IMG/VR virus record: IMGVR_UViG_3300028586_000738
Location: 1 to 30,340 of that record
Direction: 5' to 3' (one strand)
Length of the DNA stretch: 30,340 bases
Origin: a virus
Taxonomy: Duplodnaviria; Caudoviricetes
Positions 7,198 through 16,700 of the stretch are shown here, piece after piece. The stretch's first letter is position 1. Each line of letters opens with the position of its first letter. The position numbers were made by a program, and so were the translations under genes. Under the pieces are notes generated by a model. The model was given only the letters and a program-made list of their open reading frames with translations, made no database searches and was not told the origin of the DNA.

Positions 7198-8814
7198 ATG
7201 GCCTGGTGGACACGTACCACTCCAGAAGAGCGGATGGTGCGTGAAGCCACGCGCGCCGTCTCCGGCCTGGTGCAAAGCCAACCCCGTGCGCAAGGCGGTG
7301 GTGGTGGAAGTGAAACGCGCTGGCGCGGTGCGTCGCGCATGCTGCGTAGCATGTCGAGCTGGATCCCGTTTCTGGGTAGCCCGAACCGCGATCTGAGCTC
7401 GCCCGAGCGCAAGACCTTGGTGGCCCGTTCGCGCGATGCCATGCGCAACCACCTCATTGCCCGCGCTGCCATCGTCCGCACCCGAACCAACGTGGTGGGT
7501 ACCGGCCTCATCTGCCGTCCGCAGGTCGACCATGTGGCCTTGGGCCTCACGGAAGAACAGGCTGACGAGCTCAACGCACAAATCCAGCGGGAATGGGAGC
7601 TTTACGCCGGCGACCCGCGCGAGTGTGACGCCGAAGCAACACTGAACCACTACCAGCAACAGGCGCTGGCGCTGGTCTCGGCAATGACCGGCGGCGACTG
7701 CTTCGTGGCGACGCCGTGGATCGAACGCCCGGGCACCGTTTACAACACCCGCCTGCAGCTGATCGAAACAGACCGGGTTTCCAACCCGCACGGCCAGCCC
7801 GATAACGAGCGCCTGGTAGAGGGCGTCGAGTTCGACGACTACGGTGCGCCGGTGGCCTACCACATCTGCAACGGGTACCCGGACGACAAGTTCCTGAAGT
7901 ACCCGCTGCGTTGGGAGCGGGTCGAGGTGTTCGGTGCAGAGACCGGCCGGCGCCGAGTGCTGCAAATCTGGTGTGACAAGGAACGTCCCGGGCTCAAGCG
8001 CGGGGCTCCGTACCTGGCGCCAATCCTTGAGCCGCTGCAGAAGCTCGAGCGGTACGCCAGTGCCGAACTGATGGCGGCGGTGATCTCGGCTATGTTCACC
8101 GTGTTCATCAAGAAGGGGCCTGATTTCAACTCAGGCAGTGGACATGCCCAGGCTGCGTTTGGTGATGAGAGCGAAATCCCAGGCGATGTTGGGCCAGCTC
8201 CACTGGAGTTGGGAGAAGGCGCGATTGTCGACTTGGCGCCCGGAGAAGAGCCCATGGTTGCCAACCCCGCCAGACCCAACGCCCAGTTCGATCCTTTCTT
8301 CTCGGCGATCGTGAAAGAAATCGGTGCTGCATTGGAGCTTCCTCTGGAAGAGCTGATGCTGCACTACAGCAGCAGCTACAGCGCCGCGCGCGCGGCCATG
8401 CTGCAAGCCTGGCGCTTCTACACCATGCGGCGCTGGTGGCTGGTGTGCGACTTCTGTCAGCCCAGCTATGAGCTGATGTTCGATGAAGCCGTGGCGGCCG
8501 GCCGCATTCGTGCGCCGGGCTACCTGGACCCGGCTCTGCGCCGCGCCTATACCCAGGCTATCTGGATCGGCCCGGCGCGCGGTGCTATCGACGAGCTCAA
8601 AGAGGCCAAGGCGGCCCGCGAGCGCATCGACGTAGGCATCAGTAACGAAACCATGGAAACAGCGGCGATGTCCGGCGAGACCTGGCAGCAGGTCAATCGG
8701 CAGCGCGCGCGCGAGCTCAAGCAGCGCCGCGACAACGGAACAACCGCGGCAACCGTTGCTGCTGCGCCAAAGCCGCTCGTTCCCGAGCCTGAACCACCTG
8801 AAGACGAGGAATGA
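7198..8814 (+). CDS. B: Portal protein, lambda family
   Basis: LVARSRDAMRN, NVVGTG, RPGLKRGAPYLAP and SSYSAARAAM motifs. Confidence 0.95.
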   Translation: MAWWTRTTPEERMVREATRAVSGLVQSQPRAQGGGGGSETRWRGASRMLRSMSSWIPFLGSPNRDLSSPERKTLVARSRDAMRNHLIARAAIVRTRTNVVGTGLICRPQVDHVALGLTEEQADELNAQIQREWELYAGDPRECDAEATLNHYQQQALALVSAMTGGDCFVATPWIERPGTVYNTRLQLIETDRVSNPHGQPDNERLVEGVEFDDYGAPVAYHICNGYPDDKFLKYPLRWERVEVFGAETGRRRVLQIWCDKERPGLKRGAPYLAPILEPLQKLERYASAELMAAVISAMFTVFIKKGPDFNSGSGHAQAAFGDESEIPGDVGPAPLELGEGAIVDLAPGEEPMVANPARPNAQFDPFFSAIVKEIGAALELPLEELMLHYSSSYSAARAAMLQAWRFYTMRRWWLVCDFCQPSYELMFDEAVAAGRIRAPGYLDPALRRAYTQAIWIGPARGAIDELKEAKAARERIDVGISNETMETAAMSGETWQQVNRQRARELKQRRDNGTTAATVAAAPKPLVPEPEPPEDEE

Positions 8815-8817
8815 CCC

Positions 8818-10050
8818 ATGCCAAGAGCCTTTGAGCTGGCTTCTGCTCAGCCTTGGCTGATGCTCCCCAACGCCTTGGAGAACCTGCTCGCCATATCCGA
8901 GCGAATGGGGGATCCGGTGGCCTTGGAGACAAAGCTGGGTCGCAAGCTGGACAACAGCCACTCGGTCAGCATCCGCAATGGTGTGGCCATCGTGCCTGTG
9001 ATCGGCCCGATTTTTCGCTACGCCAACTTGTTCACCGAGATCAGCGGCGCGACCAGCACCCAGGTGCTGGCAACCGACATTCGGGAAGCGCTGGATAACC
9101 CGGCGGTGCAGTCGATCATCCTCAACATCGACAGTCCGGGCGGCGTGGCAAGCGGCATCAACGAGCTTTCCGAAATGATCCACGCGGGCCGAGCGCAGAA
9201 GAAGATCGTGGCTTACATCGGCGGCAGCGGGGCGAGCGGTGCCTACTGGATCGCCTCCGCCGCGCACGAAATTGTCATCGACGAAACGGGTATCGCCGGC
9301 AGCGTCGGCGTGGTGGTCGAGGCGGTGGTCGATAGTGAAAAGGCTACCGGCCGCAAGAGCTACCAGATTGTCAGCCGTAACGCCCCGAACAAGCGTCCAG
9401 ACCTGGCCACGGAGGAAGGGCGGGCGAAGGTCGCCGAGACGGTTGATGCGCTTGAGGATGTGTTCGTGGCCAAGGTCGCGCGCAACTTGGGCGTGGATGC
9501 AGAGAAAGTACCTGGCATGGGTGACCATGGTGGGTTGCGTGTGGGGCAGGCGGCCGTTGCGGCTGGCCTGGCGCACCGAACAGGCTCACTTGAGGGCCTC
9601 ATCACCGAGCTGTCCAAGCCGGCAGCGAAAATCACGAGGAAAAACACCATGACGAAAGTCAGCAACACCGCTGAGTTGCAGGCGGCCATCGCTGCCGGCG
9701 GCGATCTCACTGCCATCGAGATCAGCGCCCCGGAAAAGATCGATGTGGAGACCCTTCGCAAGGAAGCGGCAGCGACCGCTACCGCCAGCGAGAAGGACCG
9801 CATCACCGGCATCCAGGCGCTGGCGGCCCCGGGCTTCGAAACCGAAGTGCAAGCTGCCATCGATGGTGGACTCACTGTCGAGGCAGCGGGCCTGAGCCTG
9901 TTCAAGGCCGCTCAGGACCGCGGCGTGACCTTGGACAGCATCAAGCGTGATGCCAAGAAGGTCGATCCCGCCTCTGCATCCGCGGGCAAAGGCAAGGTTG
10001 AGTACTCCACCAAATCCATCTGGGCCTCTCGCAAAGGAGCGAAAGCATGA
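8818..10050 (+). CDS. C: Prohead protease (S49 family, gpC-like) with C-terminal scaffold
   Basis: IILNIDSPGG, ASGAYWIASAA and AGSVGV motifs; C-terminal EKDRITGIQAL scaffold motif. Confidence 0.93.
   Translation: MPRAFELASAQPWLMLPNALENLLAISERMGDPVALETKLGRKLDNSHSVSIRNGVAIVPVIGPIFRYANLFTEISGATSTQVLATDIREALDNPAVQSIILNIDSPGGVASGINELSEMIHAGRAQKKIVAYIGGSGASGAYWIASAAHEIVIDETGIAGSVGVVVEAVVDSEKATGRKSYQIVSRNAPNKRPDLATEEGRAKVAETVDALEDVFVAKVARNLGVDAEKVPGMGDHGGLRVGQAAVAAGLAHRTGSLEGLITELSKPAAKITRKNTMTKVSNTAELQAAIAAGGDLTAIEISAPEKIDVETLRKEAAATATASEKDRITGIQALAAPGFETEVQAAIDGGLTVEAAGLSLFKAAQDRGVTLDSIKRDAKKVDPASASAGKGKVEYSTKSIWASRKGAKA
9649..10050 (+). CDS. nu3: Nested in-frame scaffold protein (Nu3-like)
   Basis: Internal GAGGA SD 8 nt before in-frame ATG 9649 (MTKVSNTAEL); same arrangement as lambda C/Nu3. 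Confidence 0.7.
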   Translation: MTKVSNTAELQAAIAAGGDLTAIEISAPEKIDVETLRKEAAATATASEKDRITGIQALAAPGFETEVQAAIDGGLTVEAAGLSLFKAAQDRGVTLDSIKRDAKKVDPASASAGKGKVEYSTKSIWASRKGAKA

Positions 10051-10397
10051 ACTACGACATCGTCACCCAAGGCGCGCGCACCGCAGCTTTCCTCCTGAAC
10101 GAGGCCTCCGGCGAGCGCTCCCGCGAGCAGATCGTATTGCTGAAGGGCAACACCGCATTCCCGCCGGGCCAGATCCTGTCGAAGAACGCGGCGGGCAAAT
10201 ACGTCGCGTTCGCCGCGCCTGCTGAGGGCGCAGCCGTTGAGGTTGCGATTCTGTATGAAGGCCGTCCTGCGGATACCACTGCCGACCGCTACGCCGCCGC
10301 CGTTGTGCGCGACTGCGAAGTAATCGAAAGCCTGCTGGTCGGTCTGACTGATCCTGCCCGCGCTGCCCTGCTCGCCGCCGGCATCATCCTGCGCTGA
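10047..10397 (+). CDS. D: Head decoration protein gpD-like
   Basis: FLLNEASGERSREQIVL...GQIL...AILY...VVRDCEV...LLAAGIILR; between protease and capsid genes. Confidence 0.88.
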   Translation: MNYDIVTQGARTAAFLLNEASGERSREQIVLLKGNTAFPPGQILSKNAAGKYVAFAAPAEGAAVEVAILYEGRPADTTADRYAAAVVRDCEVIESLLVGLTDPARAALLAAGIILR

Positions 10398-10418
10398 TTT
10401 TCAGCACCTCATTCCCCT

Positions 10419-10446
10419 AACCGCCGCTGGCGGTTTTTTTGTTTTT
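10419..10446 (+). terminator. Hairpin/terminator between D and E
   Basis: AACCGCC-gct-GGCGGTT followed by a T-run. Confidence 0.65.
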
Positions 10447-10456
10447 GGAGATCAGA

Positions 10457-11461
10457 ATGCCCGATTTGAGCATTTTCAACGGTGATGCATTTAGCACCAT
10501 CGCCATGACCACCGCTATCAACCAGCCAGTTGAAGGGCAGGCGGTGCCCACTCGCCTGGATACGCTCTTCGAAGAAGAAGGCGTAACCACCACTGCCGTG
10601 TTCATCGAGCGTGAGCACGACAGTCTGACCCTGGTGCCGGCTGCCGAGCGCGGAGCGCCAAGCGACCCAACCACTGGCCCGGGCCGCGACATGATCCCGT
10701 TCCAGACCATCCACCTGCCGACCCGCGCGGTTATTCGCGCCGACGAAGTCCAGGGTATTCGTGCGTTCGGTTCGGAAAGCGAACTCGAGACCGTCCAGGC
10801 GATGGTTGAAAAGCGCTTGCTGAAAATGCGTAAACGCCTGGAAGCGACCATCCGCTACCAGCGCGTGGGCGCAATCACCGGCAAGGTGTTCGACGCTGAC
10901 GGCACCCGGGTGCTGCTGGACCTGTATGCCCGATTCGGCATTGAACAGCAGACTGTCGCTTTCACCATGGGCGCTAATACCACCAAGCTGCTGGCCAAAG
11001 TGACTGAAGCCAAGCGCCTGGCGGAAGACGCTATCGGTGGTTCCGGCATCATTGCAGGCTGGCTGGGCATTGCTGGACGCAACTGGTTCGACGCATTCAC
11101 CAACCACGATTCGGTGCAGAAGGCGTTCGATCGCTGGAACGATGGCCAGTTCTTGCGCGACGACCATCGCCGCGATGGCTTCAGCTTCGGTGGTGTGAAC
11201 TGGGAGGAGTTCTACGGCAACCTGGGCGGCGTCCAGTTCATGGATCCCGACGTTGCCTACCTGGTGCCGGTAGGCGTGGATGGCCTGTTCATCACCAACT
11301 TCGCGCCGGCTGACTACATGGAAACGGTCAACACCACCGGTGTGCCGTTCTATGCCAGCCAGGAAATGCTGCGCCACAACAAAGGCGTGGACATGGAAGC
11401 CCAGAGCAACCCGCTGAGCATCTGCACCCTGCCGCGCGCCATCATCAAGTTGACCAAGTAA
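10457..11461 (+). CDS. E: Major capsid protein, lambda gpE family
   Basis: GGAG SD before ATG 10457; LFEEEGVTTT, ADEVQGIRAFG, FAPADYMETVNT and EAQSNPL motifs. Confidence 0.94.
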   Translation: MPDLSIFNGDAFSTIAMTTAINQPVEGQAVPTRLDTLFEEEGVTTTAVFIEREHDSLTLVPAAERGAPSDPTTGPGRDMIPFQTIHLPTRAVIRADEVQGIRAFGSESELETVQAMVEKRLLKMRKRLEATIRYQRVGAITGKVFDADGTRVLLDLYARFGIEQQTVAFTMGANTTKLLAKVTEAKRLAEDAIGGSGIIAGWLGIAGRNWFDAFTNHDSVQKAFDRWNDGQFLRDDHRRDGFSFGGVNWEEFYGNLGGVQFMDPDVAYLVPVGVDGLFITNFAPADYMETVNTTGVPFYASQEMLRHNKGVDMEAQSNPLSICTLPRAIIKLTK

Positions 11462-11784
11462 TGGGCCGCTCGGAGTTCGACCAAGCCTTCGAGGGCGCGG
11501 ACGACGAGCTGTTCAGCACCTTCGGCCAGCGGGGTGAGTGCTTCTATGACTCGCGGGAAGGGGCGCCGCCCCAGCCCGTGAGCGTGGTGCTGCAGACAAA
11601 CGTCAGCGATCCGGCTGGCGGCAGCTTCGTTGCCGTCCACCTGGCCGCCGACCTGCGCATCAGCCAGGTACCCAAGCCATGCAAGGGCGATTTGCTCACC
11701 GTGGACTGCAAGCGCTACTTGCTCGATGAGTACGTGGGCACCGATGGCCTCATCAACCGCTTTTCACTCATGCCAGCGGACTGA
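11461..11784 (+). CDS. Head-tail joining protein (gpFII-like)
   Basis: 107 aa beta-rich protein after the capsid gene; PCKGDLLTVD motif; positional. Confidence 0.65.
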   Translation: MGRSEFDQAFEGADDELFSTFGQRGECFYDSREGAPPQPVSVVLQTNVSDPAGGSFVAVHLAADLRISQVPKPCKGDLLTVDCKRYLLDEYVGTDGLINRFSLMPAD

Positions 11785-11786
11785 CC

Positions 11787-12272
11787 ATGGACAACCCACT
11801 GACCTTGGGCCGAAAGGCGCTGATTGAGCGGCTCACCACGATTTCAGTGGCCAACGGGTATTTCACCTCGGCCGGCCGGAACGTGCGAACAGGCTGGCTC
11901 AATGAGCAGCTGCAAGCCCGCGACGCCAGCTTTCCTATCATCGTTGTGCAAAAGGGCCGGGGCCAGGCGCCAGTGCCCGGCCCCATGGCGCTGAAGGCCT
12001 TCTCAGGCTTCAGCATCGTTGGTGCTGTCAGCACAGGCATGGACGACTACGAGGATGCCATCGAAGCGCTCGAGCACGACCTGTTGAAGTGCCTGGTTCC
12101 CGTGCAAGGCCGCGCCCTGGACTGGCTGCCGAATGGCGTCACCGGCATCACAGTCGGCACACCCGAGACTTTCCCACCAGGTGAGTCGCTCAAGGCCGCA
12201 ACGGTCCTTATCCCCGTGCAGCTGCACACCATCATTCAGGGAGAACACCCCCATGTCCGACAAAGCCGATAA
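11787..12272 (+). CDS. Tail terminator/minor tail protein (gpU-like)
   Basis: LIERLTTISVANGYFTSAG motif; position before the tail tube gene. Confidence 0.6.
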   Translation: MDNPLTLGRKALIERLTTISVANGYFTSAGRNVRTGWLNEQLQARDASFPIIVVQKGRGQAPVPGPMALKAFSGFSIVGAVSTGMDDYEDAIEALEHDLLKCLVPVQGRALDWLPNGVTGITVGTPETFPPGESLKAATVLIPVQLHTIIQGEHPHVRQSR

Positions 12273-12495
12273 AACCGACAAGGCGCCAGGCATTCCAGTG
12301 CCCAGCACCGTCAAGGCCGCCGAACCGGTCACCGACGCGGAGCGTGCATTGCCGCGCTTCGAAGTGGAGCTGCTCAAGGCCCATACCCATGCCCGCAAGG
12401 ACTACGCGCCGGGCGACAAGATCAAAGTAACCGCTGAGCAACGCACCTGGCTGAAGGGCCTGGGCGTCATCGCTGGCGACACCCAGGAGAAGTAA
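12253..12495 (+). CDS. Small virion-associated hypothetical protein (80 aa)
   Basis: AGGGAG SD before ATG 12253; VELLKAHTHARKDYAPGDKIKV...WLKGLGVI motif. Confidence 0.7.
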   Translation: MSDKADKTDKAPGIPVPSTVKAAEPVTDAERALPRFEVELLKAHTHARKDYAPGDKIKVTAEQRTWLKGLGVIAGDTQEK

Positions 12496-12498
12496 GAC

Positions 12499-13251
12499 AT
12501 GGCACGCGAAATCGAAACGTTCCTTGTCGGCGGTCTGGTCAAAATGCGTAAGTACGGGGTCGGCGGTGCATTCATGCCCGTGGGTCTGGTATCGACGCTG
12601 ACCCAGGCCATCGAAAAGACCGACATCACCTTGGCCGATACCACTACTCCCCAGGGCGGTGAATACGACTCGGTGAGCCGTATCACCAGTATGGGTCTGA
12701 CCATGAACTGGCGTGAGCTGTATACCGCGAACCTGGCGGCCATGTACTGGGGTGATGCTACGAAGGTGCCGGCCACCACGGTCACCGACGAAGCCCACAC
12801 CTCCACCAAGGGCGGCACCATCCTGCTGGACAAGATGCCGTTGAGCATCACGTCCGTGAAGCTGGCTGCCGGCGCTACCACCTACGAGGACGGCGACGAC
12901 TACCAGATGACTGGTGCAGGTCTTGAAATCCTCGAGGCTGGCAGCATCGCTGACGGTGCAGAGCTGCAGATCACCTATGCATCGGCATCGGTGGACGTGA
13001 TCGAGGCGCTCACCAACAGCGGTAGCGTGTACGAGATCCTGTTCGAGGGCGCGAACGCCGCGGGCACCAAGAAGCGGATGAACCTCCAGTACTTCCGTTG
13101 CCAACTCAGTCCGGCTGCCAGCGCCGACTGGATCAGCACCGATGATTTCATGGGCAGCGAGGTAACTGCGAAGGTGCTGTCCGATCCAGCCAAGGTGGGC
13201 GCCGGCAAGTCGAAATACATGAAGATCATGAAGGAAACCACTGGCGCGTGA
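12499..13251 (+). CDS. Major tail tube protein
   Basis: AGGAG SD; 250 aa Thr/Gly/Ala-rich; strong codon bias; precedes chaperone and tape measure genes. Confidence 0.8.
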   Translation: MAREIETFLVGGLVKMRKYGVGGAFMPVGLVSTLTQAIEKTDITLADTTTPQGGEYDSVSRITSMGLTMNWRELYTANLAAMYWGDATKVPATTVTDEAHTSTKGGTILLDKMPLSITSVKLAAGATTYEDGDDYQMTGAGLEILEAGSIADGAELQITYASASVDVIEALTNSGSVYEILFEGANAAGTKKRMNLQYFRCQLSPAASADWISTDDFMGSEVTAKVLSDPAKVGAGKSKYMKIMKETTGA

Positions 13252-13268
13252 TGCGTCCGGCCTACCTG

Positions 13269-13294
13269 GCCCGCTCCGGCGGGCTTTCTTCTTT
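13269..13294 (+). terminator. Hairpin/terminator after the tail tube gene
   Basis: GCCCGC-tccg-GCGGGC followed by TTTCTTCTTT. Confidence 0.6.
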
Positions 13295-13306
13295 CTGGAG
13301 TGCAGC

Positions 13307-13609
13307 ATGAGTGAAATGACCGCCTCGAAGGTTGTGGTGATCGACGGCAGGGAAGTAATCGTCCGCGAGCTCTCGGTCGCCGATATCCGGCAGATGATGA
13401 CAGAGGACGTTGAACCTGACGGCCTTGGAAGCAGCTTTTTCGAGGATATCCGTCTATCTGATCTTCGGCGTTTCACCAACTTGGAAGCTGCTCAAGTGGA
13501 GGGCATGCTGCCTAGCCAGCTGCGGACGCTGCTCAGCCACATAAAGGGGCAAAACCCCGATTTTTTCGCTTGGCTGGCCAGGGTCAACAACCCGCCGGCC
13601 AAGCGCTGA
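13307..13609 (+). CDS. Tail assembly chaperone (gpG-like)
   Basis: GGAG SD; between tail tube and tape measure genes; VIVRELSVADIR...QNPDFF. Confidence 0.8.
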   Translation: MSEMTASKVVVIDGREVIVRELSVADIRQMMTEDVEPDGLGSSFFEDIRLSDLRRFTNLEAAQVEGMLPSQLRTLLSHIKGQNPDFFAWLARVNNPPAKR

Positions 13610-13707
13610 AAAACCTCGACGACTGCATCTGCGCCCTGATTCGAATTGGGCATCACCAGGTGCTTTCCTACCCGTGGCGCCTGTTTTTGCGCGCTTTGAA
13701 AGGCTGA
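13561..13707 (+). CDS. -1 frameshift extension of the tail chaperone (gpGT-like C-terminal part)
   Basis: Slippery T TTT TTC at 13561-13567; the -1 frame stays open to TGA 13705-13707 (…LKNLDDCICALIRIGHHQVLSYPWRLFLRALKG), ending 4 nt before the tape measure ATG. Confidence 0.8.
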   Translation, partial: FFRLAGQGQQPAGQALKNLDDCICALIRIGHHQVLSYPWRLFLRALKG

Positions 13708-13711
13708 TCCC

Positions 13712-16700
13712 ATGCGTGATATCGAACTCCGGCTGACGGCTGACCTGGACGACGCCACCAAGGAAGTCGCCGGGTTTCGCAAAGAATACGGCGAAATGGT
13801 CAAGGTGGTGGAAAAGCCCCTGCGCCAGGTCAATGCATTCCGAGACCTGGAATCAAACGTCGAAAAGACCGGTCGAGCGATGCAGGATGCTCGTGAGCGG
13901 GTTCGGCAACTCGGGGCCGAACTGGCCCGTGCCGAAACGCCGTCCCGCAAGCTGCAGGAAACCTATCGAGCGTCTGTCCGCGATCTGGAACGCTTGGGCC
14001 GCGTTGAGGCGCAGCAGGTCACACAGCTGAACCAAATGGGCGCAGGGTTGCGCGCCGCTGGCCTCGATACCCGAAACCTCGCCGCAGAACAAACTCGTCT
14101 CAGCGCCGCGTACAACAAAGCGCTGGCCGCTGGGCGCGCGGACACGTCGCTAAATAGCGCCAAATCAGCGCTAGGCGCTGGCGCGGTTCGCGAGACGCAG
14201 TCCGAACTGGTTCGGCTTCGGCAGCAATATGCTTTAGTGAAATCGTCAGGCGAGTTGTCTGCTCGCGATCTGGGCATTGCTCAGGACAATTATCGCCGCA
14301 AGGTCAGCGAGACCCTGGCCCGGCTCCGCGAAATGCGTGCTGTGAATGCTGTTCCGGTGAAAACCGTGCCGGTGGTTGCCGATACCGCGCGGCAAAGCTT
14401 GGGGATCAACCAGCTCAAGGCACTACGGCTACAGTTGGCATTTCTAACTGCCGATTACCAGCGTCTAACCCGCTCCGGTGTGCTATCGGCTACTGAGCGA
14501 GCCGTCGCCGAGACTCAATACCGTCGCAAAATAGAGGAAACGCGGCAGTCCATTGCTGCTCTGTCGGGCGAAGAGCGTCGCCGTAGCCGGCCGAGCGCCG
14601 CACCATCCGGCGGGGGCATGTCAGAAAACCTGACCCTTGCCGGCGGTGGCCTTTCGGCGATCGCAGTTGGCGCCGCATACTTGCGGACGACAGACGCAGC
14701 AAAAAAGATGGAGGCACAACTCAAACTCACCACATCTTCGCAGGAAGAATTTAACGAAGCTCAGCGCGCGACCTTTGAAATCGCCCAGCGCAATCAGGCG
14801 CCGCTGGCTGATGTCATTACGCTCTACAGCCGCTTGCAGCCTGCGATGGCACAAATGGGGCGAGGTCAGAAAGACACACTGGCGGTTATCGACGCCGTGA
14901 CCCAGTCTCTACGTATCAGCGGCGCGACCGCTTCGGAAACCGGCAGCACCATCACTCAGTTCTCACAGGCGCTTGGTTCGGGTGTGCTTCGCGGCGAGGA
15001 ATTTAACTCCATCGCCGAAAACTCGCCGCGTCTATTGCGGGCACTTGCTGAAGGCCTGAACGTGCCGACCGGAGCACTGCGCAACATGGCGACTCAGGGT
15101 CAGCTGACTGCTGATGTCATTGTTGACACTCTGTTAGGTCAGTTGCCCAAACTCACCGCCGAAGCCCAGAAGCTTCCAGAAACGTTTGGTGGAGCGTTGA
15201 CCCAGCTCAACAACCAGCTGACCATCTCGACGAAGTTGTTCGATGACTGGGCTCAGATTTCTGCCAAAGCCACGAATGGCATCAAAACTTTCACGGCTGC
15301 AATAGCTGCCCTGAACAGCGGTGAGTTTGGCGATTTTTTTCGCAAAGATAAGCAGTCCATAGCCGGTTTCAACAACGAAATCGGCGTCGTGATGGCACGG
15401 ATTCGTGATTTGCAGAATGTTCGCTCTGGACTTAAAAGCGACTCGGATACATCGCTCTTTCAGTGGAAATTTTGGGACCGGAAAGAGATCGACGCCGAGG
15501 TCTCTGCGCTAAAACGGCACATTGCAGAGATGTCGACCGAGCGCGATAAGCTCGCAACGGATCAGGGTCTGAGCAATGCCGAGCAGGATAAGTTAGCCGC
15601 TGATCGCTTGGCTTCGGCACAGAAAAGCGCTCGCGACCTGAAAGATGTGCAGACCAAGCTTGTTACTGATACCGAGGCCGCGCTCAAGGCCATGGTCTCG
15701 GCTGAAAAAGCCGCTGCGAGTGATCTTGAGAAGGCGAAAGCTGCCCAGCTCAAGACTCAAGAGAAGTACAGCAAAGCACTTTCTTCTCTCGGTTCTGGCG
15801 CAGGCGGCGATGGTTCGTATGCTTCGGCCCAGTCCCTAAAAATTGGCGCCCGCCAAGCACTACAACGGGGAGACGTTGAGTCAGCGAAAGAGCAGGCGAA
15901 TGCTGCGCTTGATATCTTGAAGAAGTTGGCTGATTCCGGAGAGAACACCTATGGTTTCGCAGGGTTCATTAAGGAGCTACAAGGGATTGAAGCGGCCGCT
16001 GACGGTATTAACGTTGAAAAGGCGCAAAACAGCCTTGAGCAGGCAAAACAGAAGACAGAAGAACTCAAGGCTAAGCTTGATGGACTGAAGTCTGTGGTGA
16101 TCACTCCGACCATGTCGGAAGATGCTCTAGCCAAGGTCAGGAAGCAAATTCGGGATCTCAAAATCCTCATAGGCCAGCAGCTTGATATTCCTGTAGATGT
16201 TGTGCCGAGCTCACAGATGCAGGCGATGGCCATGCAGACCCCATCCGTGAGTTTTCCGACTACAGATGGTGCCGCTACCGTAGTTCCGGAAACCCCAGTT
16301 ACGGTAGTGCCGCCCAAGACCTCCAGTCAGGCTAAAAAACTCACCTATCAGCCCGGAACCAGCAGTTATTCGGCGCAAGATACTGTCATGCCGGTGCAGC
16401 CTGTTGTAGAGGAAGATGCCTATCAACGGATGGTGCGCGAAGTTGCTGCTCGTGGGCGTGTGCCCGTTCCGGTAGAACCTACAGTGCCTGAAGGCTCAAT
16501 CTCAGACGTTCAGGTCCCTGTAACGCCGGAGCTAGACCAAACCGCTGCTAGTGTTGCAATCAGCCAGGTAGCCGCAATTGCCGCAAAGATGAAAGAGTCC
16601 CTTACGGTCCAAATGACCGTACTCGGGCCTGCCGCAGCGAATGTTTCCGGATCTGATCCTGACGTTCCGCAGTTTGCTCGAGGCGATATGGTTCGTGGGC

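Noticed and set aside
8131-9576. 481-aa antisense ORF over portal/protease (similarly 10409-11377, 12232-13479, 18513-19388, 22291-23112)
   Set aside because: Antisense shadows of well-supported structural genes; no SD or recognisable domains.
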